A DNA stretch of 64,000 bases from Deltaproteobacteria bacterium (GTDB lineage Bacteria; Myxococcota_A; UBA9160; UBA6930), in contig JAJDAQ010000069.1 of NCBI GenBank assembly GCA_029261815.1, positions 12,340-76,339 on the forward strand, given 5' to 3'. Each line of letters opens with the position of its first letter. Positions within the stretch are counted from its first letter, which is position 1. The notes beneath the pieces were generated by a model, which saw only the letters and a list, made by a program, of their open reading frames with translations, was not told where the DNA came from and searched no databases. The translations under genes were made by a program, and so were the position numbers. This document shows, piece by piece, positions 47,369 to 59,423 of the stretch.

Positions 47369-48709
47369 TCAGAACTCCACCGACCCCGGCACGCGCGGGA
47401 ATGGGATCACGTCGCGGATATTGGCCATGCCGGTGACGAACTGGATGAGTCGCTCGAAGCCGAGGCCGAAGCCCGCATGCGGTGCGCCGCCGTGGCGACG
47501 CAAGTCGAGATACCACCAATAGGCCTCGGCATCGAGACCGTGGGCGACCATCCGCCGCTCGAGGACATCGACGCGATGTTCCCGCTGCGACCCTCCGATG
47601 ATCTCACCGATCCGTGGCACGAGGACATCCATTGCCCGAACGGTCTTGTCGTCGGCGTTGGCGTACATGTAGAAAGCCTTGATCTCCGCCGGGTAGTCCG
47701 TGACGACCAGCGGCCGCTTCACATGCTCTTCGGTGAGGTAGCGCTCGTGTTCGCTCTGGAGATCGACACCCCAGCGAACCGGATACTCGAAGTCCTGGCC
47801 GGATTGTTCGAGCACCGCGACGGCTTCGGTGTACGACATGCGCTCGAACGGAGTCTCGACGATATGTTCCAGTGTCTCGACGATTCCCTTCTCGATGCGC
47901 TCGTTGAAAAACGCCATGTCGTCGGCGCATTCCTCCAGGACCGTCCCGATGACGGCCTTCAGGAACTCCTCGGCGAGCGCGGCGTCTCCATCGAGGTCGC
48001 AGAAGGCCATCTCGGGTTCCACCATCCAGAACTCGGACAAGTGGCGGCTGGTGTTCGAGTTCTCGGCGCGGAATGTCGGCCCGAACGTGTAGACATGCGT
48101 GTGGGACAGCGCACCGATCTCGGCTTCGAGCTGTCCTGATACGGTGAGCCGCGTCGGACGGCCGAAGAAGGCCTCCGAGTCAGCGAGTTCGAACATCTCC
48201 CCTGCCCCCTCGGCATCGGCCGCGGTCAGGATCGGTGCATGCAGCCAGAGGAAGCCGCGCTGCTGGAAGAAATCATGGATCGCCCGCGACGCGACGTTCC
48301 GAACCCGCCAAACGGCGCCGATCGTGTTCGTTCGCGGGCGGAGGTGCGCAATGGTCCGCAGGAATTCGAATGAGTGGCGTTTCTTCTGCAGCGGATAGTC
48401 GTCTCCGGTCGTTCCGATGACCTCGATCTCCGCCGCGCGGAGTTCCACGCGCTGGCCCTTCCCCGGCGACTCGACCAGCTCCCCGCCGACCCGAACGGCG
48501 CAGCCGGTCGTCAGCGCACGCACCTCGCGCTCGAAGTTCGGGAGTTCGGGGGGCGCCACGACCTGCAGACCGTTCATGCAGGAGCCATCGGAGACGTCGA
48601 GAAAGCTGAGGCCCTTGGCGTGGCGGGCGGTGCGGAGCCAGCCACGAATCTCGACGGAGGATCCAGGCTCACCGTTGCGTAGGACGTCATGGACGCGCTC
48701 GCTCGTCAT
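47369..48709 (-). CDS. asnS: asparagine--tRNA ligase
   Basis: Collinear by eye with E. coli AsnS ([56 protein letters not shown]). Confidence 0.94.
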   Translation of the reverse strand: MTSERVHDVLRNGEPGSSVEIRGWLRTARHAKGLSFLDVSDGSCMNGLQVVAPPELPNFEREVRALTTGCAVRVGGELVESPGKGQRVELRAAEIEVIGTTGDDYPLQKKRHSFEFLRTIAHLRPRTNTIGAVWRVRNVASRAIHDFFQQRGFLWLHAPILTAADAEGAGEMFELADSEAFFGRPTRLTVSGQLEAEIGALSHTHVYTFGPTFRAENSNTSRHLSEFWMVEPEMAFCDLDGDAALAEEFLKAVIGTVLEECADDMAFFNERIEKGIVETLEHIVETPFERMSYTEAVAVLEQSGQDFEYPVRWGVDLQSEHERYLTEEHVKRPLVVTDYPAEIKAFYMYANADDKTVRAMDVLVPRIGEIIGGSQREHRVDVLERRMVAHGLDAEAYWWYLDLRRHGGAPHAGFGLGFERLIQFVTGMANIRDVIPFPRVPGSVEF

Positions 48710-50073
48710 CGGTCTTCTCCCTCCAGGCGCTCGACCAGTCGATCGCCTTCAGCCAACAAGCGGTCGGCCGCGTCAGGAACCAGGGTGGACATCAGCACCT
48801 CGTAACCGTGGTGCGCCAGCGGCTCCTCGAAGTTTCGCGAATGAGGCAGATAGCGCAGCCAACCGTTCGCAATCGACAACACGGCTGCGTCGGCACCATG
48901 ACGCTCCCGCCAATCCCGCCCCACGTCCACGGTCGCTTCGGCCGGTAAGGCCAGCAGCCGCACCGGGCCGATGGAGAGCACCTGCGCTTCCACGTCGGGC
49001 GTCGTGCTTCCCCCCACGAAGTGGCGCGCTGTTCGTCCGCGCAGATAGCGGCGCACCCGCGCGAGTCGCTCGCGCTTTTCGTCGATGGGGAGACCGTCGG
49101 TCCGCTCGTGTTCCATCGCGAACAGCTCACCGGTCCCCGGGGTCGCGTCGGGCGGGAGACCCAGCGCTTCGAACGCGGCCGCGCGGTCGCTTTCGGACTC
49201 GGTGTGGGTCGGAATCGTCAGCGTATTCGACGTAGCTCCTACGACCGGAGCCGCGCACGGCGTGGCCGCTGCAGTCGCGCGCACGACCGCTTCACCGACT
49301 TCGCGTCCGAGCGCTGCCACTTCATCGAAGCCCACGCCCAGGCTCTGTCCGGCGATGGCCAGATCCAGGAGCCCGCGCGTCCGCGGATCGATGTCCGAGT
49401 GTGCTCCCAGCCAGAAGATCGGGATCGTTCCTGGATGCGCGGCCGCGATGGTCTCGTTCGCGGCGGCCACCCAGTCGGCCGAGTACTCGAGGTTCTCGTG
49501 CCCGAGCGCGGTTGGGTGACACCCATGGATGTAAGCCACCGCGAGCGGTCTGCCGTCTCGTCGCTCGATCCTCATGACCAGCACGTCGCGCTCCACCGGC
49601 CCATCTTCGCGGCGTCGATTGCGCCCGATCTGGACGTCGGCGTGGCCGACCGCCAGCGTGGCGGGCGTGGCAGAGGTGAATGCGGCCCTACCGGCCGCGA
49701 CGATTGCGTCCCATATCCCTGGGACGTGGACGGGCGGTTCGGCGTCCGACAAGAACGACATGAGTCCGGTATCCGGGCCCGAATGTGTATGGATACACGT
49801 CACCGCGATTCGCTCGGTAGGAAGTCCCGTTGCTTCGAACAGCCGCTCGCGCAGGACAGCTGCTTGGCCCGCGCCCATCAGGCAGAGGTCGGCCGCCACG
49901 ATCAGGAGATCCGACCCGCCACCTGCGAGGTACAGCCCGCGTGCAAAGAGTGGATCATGGACACCCTGCGCGCCGCCTTCGCGAGCCCCATAACCCATCA
50001 TCGGCGCGCCGAGCTTGAGGGGAAGCGGAACCGCGGAGGCGCCGGCCTGGAAGTCGTCGGTGGCGTTGCCCAT
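48706..50073 (-). CDS. neutral/alkaline ceramidase-like hydrolase (no obvious signal peptide)
   Basis: Preferred start ATG 50073 (MGNATDD). [28 protein letters not shown] and metal motif [11 protein letters not shown]. The stop overlaps the asnS start (ATGA). Confidence 0.7.
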   Translation of the reverse strand: MGNATDDFQAGASAVPLPLKLGAPMMGYGAREGGAQGVHDPLFARGLYLAGGGSDLLIVAADLCLMGAGQAAVLRERLFEATGLPTERIAVTCIHTHSGPDTGLMSFLSDAEPPVHVPGIWDAIVAAGRAAFTSATPATLAVGHADVQIGRNRRREDGPVERDVLVMRIERRDGRPLAVAYIHGCHPTALGHENLEYSADWVAAANETIAAAHPGTIPIFWLGAHSDIDPRTRGLLDLAIAGQSLGVGFDEVAALGREVGEAVVRATAAATPCAAPVVGATSNTLTIPTHTESESDRAAAFEALGLPPDATPGTGELFAMEHERTDGLPIDEKRERLARVRRYLRGRTARHFVGGSTTPDVEAQVLSIGPVRLLALPAEATVDVGRDWRERHGADAAVLSIANGWLRYLPHSRNFEEPLAHHGYEVLMSTLVPDAADRLLAEGDRLVERLEGEDR

Positions 50074-50115
50074 CGAGCGCCCAGTATACCGGCGTGTGTG
50101 GCGTAGCATGCTCCC

Positions 50116-51612
50116 ATGAGCACGAACGACGGAAACGACACGGGCGTCGGGTACGACGCCACGCCGACCGGCTACTTCGAGGAGCGCAGCCTGACCCGAC
50201 ATGCCCGGGTCGGCTCGCTGTGGGCGCTCGGTGTCGGCGCCGTGATCTCCGGGGACTTCTTTGGTTGGAACTTCGGGCTGGCCGCCGGAGGCTTCGGTGG
50301 CCTGGCGCTGGCGACCGTCATCATCACGGTCATGTACGTGGGGTTGTGCTTCAGCATCGCCGAGATGTCGCCCGCACTCCCCCACACCGGCGGCGCCTAC
50401 TCATTCGCACGCTCTTCGATGGGTCCATGGGGCGCCTATGTCACCGGCCTGGCCGAAGCGATGGAGTTCGTACTGACTCCGGCGGTGATCGTCGTCGGTG
50501 TCGGCGACTATCTGGGAGCGATCTTCGAGACCCCCGACGCCGCGGAACCCCTGTGGTGGCTGGCATGCTATGTGCTGTTCATCGGATTGAACGTCGCGGG
50601 TGCCAAGACGAGCTTTCGCTTCACCGTTGGCGTCACCGTCCTCGCGCTCTCGATCCTGGCGATCTTCTGGATCGGGGCCCTGTCGCACGTGGACTTTGAC
50701 CGCTTCGCACTGGACATCGTTCCGGAAGCAGGCCAGACGCGCTGGCTACCGATGGGATGGCACGGCGTCCTGGCCTCCCTGCCGTTCGCCGTCTGGTTCT
50801 ACCTGGCGATCGAGGAGCTGCCGCTGGCAGCCGAGGAAGCCCACGACCCGAAGCGCGACATGCCGCGGGGCATCTTATGGGCCCTTGGCACCCTCGTCGT
50901 GTGCGCGTTCCTGACACTCTTCCTCTCGAGCGCGATTGCGCCCGGGGCGGCCGCTCTCGGCACATCGAGCGAACCGCTCTTCGACGGGTTCCGCACGATC
51001 TTCGGTGCCGGGGTCGGGACGAAGCTCCTGGCGGCCGCCGCGGTCGCGGGCCTGATTGCGAGCTTCCACTCGATCGTCTTCGCCTATGGCCGTCAGCTCT
51101 ACTCACTGTCGCGCGCCGGCTATTTCCCGCGTTGGCTCTCGGTGACCCACCCGACACGCAGAACGCCGCACCGGGCCCTCTGGGTCGGTGGCACCATTGG
51201 CTACGGCGTCGCGCTCGTCATCCATTTCCTGGGGAGCGAACACCCGGTCGGAGCCGTCCTCCTGAACATGGCGGTATTTGGTGCGGTGATCTCCTACGGC
51301 CTCCAGATGGCGTCGTTCGTGCTCTTGCGACGCCGATTGCCAGACCTCGAACGGCCCTACCGGAGCCCCCTCGGCATCCCCGGCGCGTTGATAGCGGGTG
51401 GAATTGCCCTCATCACACTGGGTTCGCTGTTCGTGGCCGACCCTGTCTATCGCAAGGTCGTCGTGGGTGCGGCGCTCTGGTACGCCGTCGGGCTGCTCTA
51501 CTTCGCGGTCTACGCCCGTCATCATCTCGTGTATTCGCCGGAGGAGGCATTCGCGGCAGGTGTCCTCGCCGAGGGTGAGACACCCGCGACAGCAGCGCCA
51601 GAAACCGACTAG
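50116..51612 (+). CDS. eat: ethanolamine permease (APC superfamily)
   Basis: LWALGVGAVISGDFFGWNFGL is the hallmark of the EAT family. About 12 TM segments. Confidence 0.8.
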   Translation: MSTNDGNDTGVGYDATPTGYFEERSLTRHARVGSLWALGVGAVISGDFFGWNFGLAAGGFGGLALATVIITVMYVGLCFSIAEMSPALPHTGGAYSFARSSMGPWGAYVTGLAEAMEFVLTPAVIVVGVGDYLGAIFETPDAAEPLWWLACYVLFIGLNVAGAKTSFRFTVGVTVLALSILAIFWIGALSHVDFDRFALDIVPEAGQTRWLPMGWHGVLASLPFAVWFYLAIEELPLAAEEAHDPKRDMPRGILWALGTLVVCAFLTLFLSSAIAPGAAALGTSSEPLFDGFRTIFGAGVGTKLLAAAAVAGLIASFHSIVFAYGRQLYSLSRAGYFPRWLSVTHPTRRTPHRALWVGGTIGYGVALVIHFLGSEHPVGAVLLNMAVFGAVISYGLQMASFVLLRRRLPDLERPYRSPLGIPGALIAGGIALITLGSLFVADPVYRKVVVGAALWYAVGLLYFAVYARHHLVYSPEEAFAAGVLAEGETPATAAPETD

Positions 51613-51652
51613 GCAGGTCGCGCGAGTCTTCACTTGACTCGCATTCCGACCG

Positions 51653-53332
51653 ATGGTGCAGGTGGAGGTCTGCGTTTTGGCGGGCAACGGAAAACAGCGC
51701 GTGTTGCTCGTGACTGCGAGCGACGATGAAGCCGGGGCGGTCGCCGCCGCGTTTCAATCGGAGGGCGCGTTCGTCACGCGCGCAAAGAGTGCGTCCGACG
51801 CCGCCACCGCCCTGTCCGAGGCCGGCTTCGACATCACCCTGGCCTTCCATCCGCTGCCGGACGCCGATGTCATCGGATCGTGCGCGACATTCGGCCAGGT
51901 ACCGGGTGCACCGCCCGTCATCCTGATCGACATGATCGATCAACGCGCGGCCATCGAGAACACGGTCCCATCCGAAATGCGACCGGTGCGTGTCTTACGC
52001 AAGCCGCTGGACCTCGGAAAACTCCCCGCGTTGGTCCGGAAAGTCCTGGACGATGCGCCAGACGCCGGCCTCGAGGCCGAGATGGGCTTCGCTCCGCTCG
52101 TCCTCCTTCTCGCCGAGATTCATCGAACCCACGCCACCGGAACCCTGGAGGTCCGCGGCGACGGCCTATGTACGCGGGTCTATTTCGAGAACGGCGAGCC
52201 GATGAGCGCAGAGGGCGGCTCCCTGCGCGAAACGCTGGGCCGCATGCTCCTGCGTACGGGCGACATCTCGGAAGAAGACTACGTCCGCGTGATCGACAAG
52301 ATGACCGACCAGATCTTCGAGAATGAACCACTCCGGATGGGCGAGGTCCTGATCGAGTTCGGGCTGCTTTCGCAGGAAGCCGTCGAGGATGCGCTCGCGC
52401 ACCAGGTCGGTGAGAAACTGACCTCGTGTCTGCAGTGGCGGGACACCACTGCGACGTTCGATCCGGACGACCTCCCGCTCGATCCGATCGAGCCTCTCGA
52501 CGTTGCACCGATCGAGCAGCTGCTGCTCGCCGGACTACGCCTCTACGTCACTGGCGACGAAATTCGTGAAGCTCTCGCAGCCGATGGCAAGAAGCCGCTG
52601 AAGCTGACCACCAGCGTCGACGAATGCATCCGACTCCTGGGGTTGGAGAACGCAGATCGCAAGGCTCTCCATTCGATCGACGGAAAGAGAACGCTAGGCG
52701 CACTCGTCCTGAACGAAGAACGCGTCCACCTGTTCGGGACGCTCATTTGGATGGGCCTCGCGGCCCCGGTCGAACGCACGGCCCGTCCGCCGAAGGCGCC
52801 CGCACCAGAACGTCGCGGCCGCCCCGAATTCGCGCGTGAGGTCATCATGCCGCGCAAGCGGATGAAGGCTGCAGCGGCGAAGAAAGCGACGGCAACACAA
52901 TCGAGCGCCGACGAGGCGACCGAGGCCACCCCTGCCCCCGAAGAGAACCAGCCCAGGCTGGAAGCCGAGCAGCTATTCCGCCGCGCCCAATCTCAACTGG
53001 ACGCCGACCGCTTCGACGATGCCGTGTCGACGATGCGGCGCGTGGTCGACCTCCAGCCCCTCGAACCCGAGTATCGGATGTTCGAGTCGTGGGCCCTCTA
53101 CCTGCACACGCGTGTCGAGGTCCGGATCGCGCGCGCCAAGACCGTCGCGGCCGCGCGGCGGATGGCCGAGGCCGACACCAAGGCCGCGGTCCCCCACGCG
53201 ATTCTCGGCACCCTGGCCCTCGAAGACGGCGACGAGGAACTGGCGCGCAAGGAGTTCCAGGCTGCCCTCATCCGAGACCCCGAGAACGAAGAAGCGCAGC
53301 GCGGCATCAAGCTGGTCCGCGGCGCCTCCTAG
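51653..53332 (+). CDS. regulatory protein: pseudo-receiver domain + DUF4388 (PatA-like) domain + C-terminal TPR
   Basis: RVLLVTASDDEAG...FDITLAFHPLPD has no Asp at the expected phospho-acceptor position. DUF4388-type ATGTLEVRGDGLCTRVYFENGEPMSAEG. TPR-like C-terminus. Confidence 0.7.
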   Translation: MVQVEVCVLAGNGKQRVLLVTASDDEAGAVAAAFQSEGAFVTRAKSASDAATALSEAGFDITLAFHPLPDADVIGSCATFGQVPGAPPVILIDMIDQRAAIENTVPSEMRPVRVLRKPLDLGKLPALVRKVLDDAPDAGLEAEMGFAPLVLLLAEIHRTHATGTLEVRGDGLCTRVYFENGEPMSAEGGSLRETLGRMLLRTGDISEEDYVRVIDKMTDQIFENEPLRMGEVLIEFGLLSQEAVEDALAHQVGEKLTSCLQWRDTTATFDPDDLPLDPIEPLDVAPIEQLLLAGLRLYVTGDEIREALAADGKKPLKLTTSVDECIRLLGLENADRKALHSIDGKRTLGALVLNEERVHLFGTLIWMGLAAPVERTARPPKAPAPERRGRPEFAREVIMPRKRMKAAAAKKATATQSSADEATEATPAPEENQPRLEAEQLFRRAQSQLDADRFDDAVSTMRRVVDLQPLEPEYRMFESWALYLHTRVEVRIARAKTVAAARRMAEADTKAAVPHAILGTLALEDGDEELARKEFQAALIRDPENEEAQRGIKLVRGAS

Positions 53333-53344
53333 GCCGCAACGCGC

Positions 53345-53377
53345 GACGCCCCGGCCGCGCGAGGCGATCGGGGCGTC
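53345..53377. terminator. candidate bidirectional terminator hairpin between convergent genes
   Basis: GACGCCCCG-N15-CGGGGCGTC: a 9-bp perfect stem between the stops at 53332 and 53399. Confidence 0.4.
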
Positions 53378-53398
53378 ATCGTTCATTTCGCCTGTGCG

Positions 53399-54316
53399 TC
53401 AGACCTGGGCGTAGATGTCCATGACCTCGTGCAGCAGGTCGATGGCTTCCGCCTTCGGCCGCTGGAACGAGTTACGACCCATGATCGAACCGAAGCCACC
53501 GCCTTCGGCGATGCCACGGATCTCTTCGAGGATCCCGCCGCGATCCTTGGCCGGTCCGCCCGAGAAGATGACGATGCGGCGTCCGCCGAACGAGGACTGC
53601 ACCACGTGGCGAATGCGCTCGGGCAGTGTCCCCACCGGAATTCCCTCGGCCTCGTAGACCTTCCGGGCGGCATCCTGCTCGATGTGGGCCGTCGGCGGCT
53701 TCACCTTGATGATATGCGCACCCAGCTGAGCCGCGATGTGCGCCGCATACGCCACGACATCGATGCCGGTCTCGCCATCCTTCGAGATGCCGGACCCGCG
53801 CGGATACGACCAGAGCACCACGGCCAGGCCCTTGCGCTTGGCTTCGACCGTGAGTTCGCGGAACTGCTGATACATCTCGTTGCGTTGCGACGAACCCGGG
53901 TAGATCGTGAACCCGATGGCGGCGCATCCGAGCCGCATGGCGTCTTCCACGCTGCCGGTGACGGCCGAGCACGGATCGTCCCCGCCAAAGAGCGAGTCCG
54001 AGTTGTTGAGCTTGAGGATCAACGGAATCTCGCCCGCGAACTCGGCGGCGCCGGCTTCGAGGAAGCCGAGCGGCGCGGCGTACGCGTTACATCCGGCATC
54101 GATGCCCAGCTCGAAGTGATAGCGGGGGTCATAGCCCGCGCTGTTCTTCGCAAAGCTGCGTGCGGGGCCGTGTTCGAACCCCTGATCCACGGGCAGGATC
54201 ACCATCTTGCCGGTCCCGCCGAGGCGTCCGTGGTTCAAGATACGACTGAGATTCACCAACGTGCCGGGGCTATCCGACCCGTACCAGCTGAGGATTTCCT
54301 TGACGCGCTTGCTCAT
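53399..54316 (-). CDS. fbaB: class I fructose-bisphosphate aldolase (DhnA/FbaB type)
   Basis: Start ATG 54316. [22 protein letters not shown] is collinear with E. coli FbaB [27 protein letters not shown] contains the expected Schiff-base Lys region. Confidence 0.88.
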   Translation of the reverse strand: [305 protein letters not shown]

Positions 54317-54565
54317 GGCGAGCGACCTCCAGGTCTTTCGGGACCACCCATTCTTCGGGTGGCGGGGCTCTCGAGCGGAGCCTGATTGCGGCGGATTGTT
54401 GCCGAGGGGCGCGGACTTCGCACCCCGGCAGGGACTTGTACGAATCGTCCCAGGGCACATTGACCGACGTGTCCTGGAGCCTGCGGGATTTGCCCCGAGT
54501 CTCTAGGATGTCGCCCCATCCTGGGACGGATCTCTGGGGCATCCCCAGTCGGATTCCTGGGGTGT

Positions 54566-55192
54566 GTGACCTACGGAGACGAAAGCGTGACGACTCGATT
54601 CGCCAAGAGGCCTTTTGCCATCGCACTGCTGCTTCTCTGCGTTGCCATCGCGGGTTGCGAGAGCGACGACTCACCGACTCAACTGGAGGGACCCATCTTG
54701 GTCACGCTCAAGACGAACCAGGGCGACATCGTCATCGAACTCGACACCGAAAACGCGCCGATCTCTTCCGAGAACTTCCTGAAGTACGTGGACTCGGGCC
54801 ACTTCAGCGGCACGATCTTCCATCGCGTCATTCCGGGCTTCATGATCCAGGGCGGCGGATTCGCGCCGGACATGTCCCAGAAGCCGACGCTGCCGCCGAT
54901 CGAGAACGAGGCGGGCAACGGACTCAAGAACGATCGGGGCACGCTGGCCATGGCACGCACGAACGTGGTCGACAGCGCCACCGCCCAATTCTTCGTCAAC
55001 CTCGTGGACAACGCCTTCCTCAACCAGTCGGCACCGACGCCCCAGGGCTTCGGTTATGCCGTGTTCGGAAAGGTGACTTCGGGCATGGAGGTCGTCGATG
55101 CCATCGCCGGCGTCGCAACCGGAAACCACGGTGGCCACGGCGACGTTCCGACCGAGCCGATCGTCATCGAAGAGGCCGTCCGCTCGGAGTAA
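54566..55192 (+). CDS. peptidylprolyl isomerase (cyclophilin type), lipoprotein
   Basis: Lipobox [21 protein letters not shown] and GTLAMARTN...SATAQFFVN are cyclophilin signatures. Confidence 0.93.
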   Translation: MTYGDESVTTRFAKRPFAIALLLLCVAIAGCESDDSPTQLEGPILVTLKTNQGDIVIELDTENAPISSENFLKYVDSGHFSGTIFHRVIPGFMIQGGGFAPDMSQKPTLPPIENEAGNGLKNDRGTLAMARTNVVDSATAQFFVNLVDNAFLNQSAPTPQGFGYAVFGKVTSGMEVVDAIAGVATGNHGGHGDVPTEPIVIEEAVRSE

Positions 55193-55380
55193 CATTTTCC
55201 GACGAACGATCGCCTGTACGGGCGCCGGCTCCCTGGAACCGGCGCCCGTCTTCTTTCTGGCGCGCCCGGAAGGGAAACGGAGCCGCCGGAGACGGCACGG
55301 CGTCTGTCCCTGCACGAGACGTGTGGCGGATTTACCAACCCGTTACACCGCACGGCCTCGGGTGGAGGCAGACTTTCCCC

Positions 55381-56040
55381 ATGAAGAAACAAACGACGCT
55401 CCGTCTCCGTGTGTGGTTGGTTTCGCTGCTGGGCCTGTTCTGGTGCGCGTCCGCTGCGTGGGCATGCCCTTCCGTACCGAGCCTTGAAGCCCTCGCGGTA
55501 CGGGCCGACACGATCGGGCTCGTGGTCCCAATCTCCACCGCCTATCATACGAATAGCGACGACACCTACTACGAGACCTTGGTGCGCGTGATCGAACGCG
55601 TCCGCGGCCCGTCTGGCGTCACGACACTGCGTTCCCACTCCCCACTCCCGCAGGCTGAATCACTCGTCCTCGCAGAGGATTGCGGCGTCGGATGCGAGGG
55701 GACGTTCGTCTCCCTCGCCCTTCCCCGTGACAGCGCGACCAGCGCCGCTCGTTCCGGCGACTGGTTCCGCACCGATGCCGGCGGCTACCTCTGGAGCCGC
55801 GATCACGAATCGCTCCGGATCGACACCATCGACGGGCCGGACGGACCCCAGGAGATCGCATCCTGGCGATCGCTGATGCGCGTGATATCGGGCGCCGAAG
55901 ACTGGCTGGCCTGCCTCGATCGCGCCGAGCAGCGGGCGAACCCCGCGGCCTGCGCCCTCCTCGAGGGAATTGCCCGCGAGGACTGCTGGAATGCGTCGGA
56001 CCAGGTCGCCACGAATGCGATCGAGGCCTGCGCGCGATAG
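55381..56040 (+). CDS. secreted Cys-rich hypothetical protein
   Basis: ATG 55381. Signal peptide MKKQTTLRLRVWLVSLLGLFWCASAAWA. No motif recognised. Confidence 0.55.
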   Translation: MKKQTTLRLRVWLVSLLGLFWCASAAWACPSVPSLEALAVRADTIGLVVPISTAYHTNSDDTYYETLVRVIERVRGPSGVTTLRSHSPLPQAESLVLAEDCGVGCEGTFVSLALPRDSATSAARSGDWFRTDAGGYLWSRDHESLRIDTIDGPDGPQEIASWRSLMRVISGAEDWLACLDRAEQRANPAACALLEGIAREDCWNASDQVATNAIEACAR

Positions 56041-56081
56041 CCACCCTCCAGTCTTGCCGCAGAGTTGCCGATACGTGATGA

Positions 56082-57038
56082 ATGCGTGTCTTCGTCCGCT
56101 CTGGAATCCTGCTGGGTGCCCTCGCAATCGCGGCGCCTGCCAGTGCCGGCTTCTATGAATGTCGCGACAAGGACGGGAATATCGGCTTCCAGGATCACCC
56201 CTGTGCCGCGGGTCTGGAGTCCAGGGAACGCGAACAAGCCGCCCGCGGCATCAGCCGCGCCGTCGTGCAGGAGCCGGACGACGCCGTGCCGGCGGCACTC
56301 GCCGAGGCACCGGAGCGACCCCTCGTGACCGTGATCGCCGCCCCGGTGCGGGTCCCGGCGAACCAACGCTTCCTGATCCACGCTGAGCCCAACGCCAGCG
56401 ACGAGTGGGACGAGGCGCTGGCCCAGGCGCGGTCCAACCACCGCCACGGGACCCTCGTCCGAATCTGGCTCGAAGATGCGACACCGGACGACCTGATCCA
56501 GGCCACCGCAACGAAGCTCTCGAATCCGAGCAGCCGCGCCGGCGGCGGCCGCTACCAGGAGTTCCCGAGTGGCACCTTCGTGTTGCTCGAACACGTCGGC
56601 AGCTCTGCTACTGCGGGCCGCGAGTCCCTCGAAGTGGGTCACAAGGACCACGGGCTCTCGAAGGTGTGGCTTCCGGTTGCCACGCGAGACACCGTTGCCA
56701 TCGGGGGCGATCTGGTCATCGGGCGGATGGCCACGAGCCAACGCGGCGACCTCTGGCTTCACCTGCCCGCCGGCTACCGCAAGGGACCCGTCGCGATCGG
56801 CCCGCTGATCGTCGGCGGACGCTATGGCGAGCAGTTCCCGTGCGATGCCAATGGCACCTGCAAGATCTCGGGACTCTCACCGGGCGCCTACAAGGTCCAG
56901 TTCCCCGAGCTCGACGAACGCCGCGCTCGATTCGACGTCGAAGTCGCAGCCGGCCACCGCCTGGAAGTCGACCTACGCCCTGGCGGCCCCAAGTTCCTCC
57001 AGATCGTCGACCTTCGCACCCAGCCGATCAGTCGCTAG
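56082..57038 (+). CDS. secreted DUF4124-like protein with C-terminal carboxypeptidase-regulatory-like beta domain
   Basis: Signal peptide, then GFYECRDKDGNIGFQDHPC (DUF4124 signature). C-terminal CKISGLSPGAYKVQF. Confidence 0.6.
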   Translation: MRVFVRSGILLGALAIAAPASAGFYECRDKDGNIGFQDHPCAAGLESREREQAARGISRAVVQEPDDAVPAALAEAPERPLVTVIAAPVRVPANQRFLIHAEPNASDEWDEALAQARSNHRHGTLVRIWLEDATPDDLIQATATKLSNPSSRAGGGRYQEFPSGTFVLLEHVGSSATAGRESLEVGHKDHGLSKVWLPVATRDTVAIGGDLVIGRMATSQRGDLWLHLPAGYRKGPVAIGPLIVGGRYGEQFPCDANGTCKISGLSPGAYKVQFPELDERRARFDVEVAAGHRLEVDLRPGGPKFLQIVDLRTQPISR

Positions 57039-57052
57039 GCGCGCCACCAAAG

Positions 57053-57088
57053 AGAAACGCCCCGGAGCCAATGCCCCGAGGCGTTTCT
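57053..57088 (+). terminator. candidate terminator of the 56082..57038 gene
   Basis: AGAAACGCC-N18-GGCGTTTCT, followed by TGATCT. Begins 15 nt after the stop. Confidence 0.45.
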
Positions 57089-57274
57089 TGATCTGACTGT
57101 CGGACTCCCACTTGGCCGGAGCGAACGCCAGGAAACCTGCGCGCCCCTCCGAAGATCTACCGTCAGGTGCCCGATGCACTTCGCGAAGCCACGTGCGTTC
57201 GCGACCCGCTCGGCGATGCGCGAGGGCTTCAGCCCCTCGCGTTCCGAGCCGCGTTCGCGACCCCGGCGGAAGTG

Positions 57275-57297
57275 CGCCAGGGGCGAAGCCCCTGGCG
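57275..57297 (-). terminator. candidate groESL terminator hairpin
   Basis: CGCCAGGGGC-GAA-GCCCCTGGCG: a 10-bp perfect stem starting 9 nt beyond the groEL stop. No clear U-tract. Confidence 0.45.
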
Positions 57298-57305
57298 TTC
57301 CGTCG

Positions 57306-58967
<1,662 letters not shown>

Positions 58968-59255
58968 CTACGAGAGAATCGCCAGGACGTCGTCCTGGCG
59001 GATGATGATGTGTTCTTCGCCATCGAGGTTCACCTCGGTGCCCGCGTACTTGCTGATCAGCACACGGTCGCCGGCGGCAACTTCCATGGGCACGGTCGTT
59101 CCGTCATCGGCGATCTTGCCGGTGCCGACGGCGACCGCGACGGCCTCCTGCGGCTTTTCCTTGGCACTGTCGGGGATGATGATCCCGCCAGCCGTGGTCG
59201 ACTCTTCTTCCACGCGCTTGACGAGAATCCGATCGTGAAGGGGTCGGATCTTCAT
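58968..59255 (-). CDS. groES: co-chaperonin GroES
   Basis: Start ATG 59255. MKIRPLHDRILVKRVEEESTTAGGIIIPDSAKEKPQ. Confidence 0.97.
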   Translation of the reverse strand: MKIRPLHDRILVKRVEEESTTAGGIIIPDSAKEKPQEAVAVAVGTGKIADDGTTVPMEVAAGDRVLISKYAGTEVNLDGEEHIIIRQDDVLAILS

Positions 59256-59423
59256 TTCTTCTGTCTTCCTATCTGGGTGGCCCGGTCCGGCCATTGGAGG
59301 CCGGCGGAGTGCGGGCATGGGGCTGCTTTGCAGAGATCGACGGAGCTTGTGCACCGGACCTCCGCCGTCAAACCGCGATGACGACTTTTTTGGCGCTCCC
59401 AACCCCTTGGATTCAGGGGGGAA

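Noticed and set aside
59256-59423. CIRCE/HrcA operator or sigma-32 promoter upstream of groES.
   Set aside because: No TTAGCACTC-N9-GAGTGCTAA inverted repeat on either strand; TTGGCGCTC at 59390 has no matching second arm. A CCCCAT box (complement of 59316..59321) could be a sigma-32 -10, but there is no CTTGAA-like -35 at 13-15 nt spacing, so I do not call a promoter.
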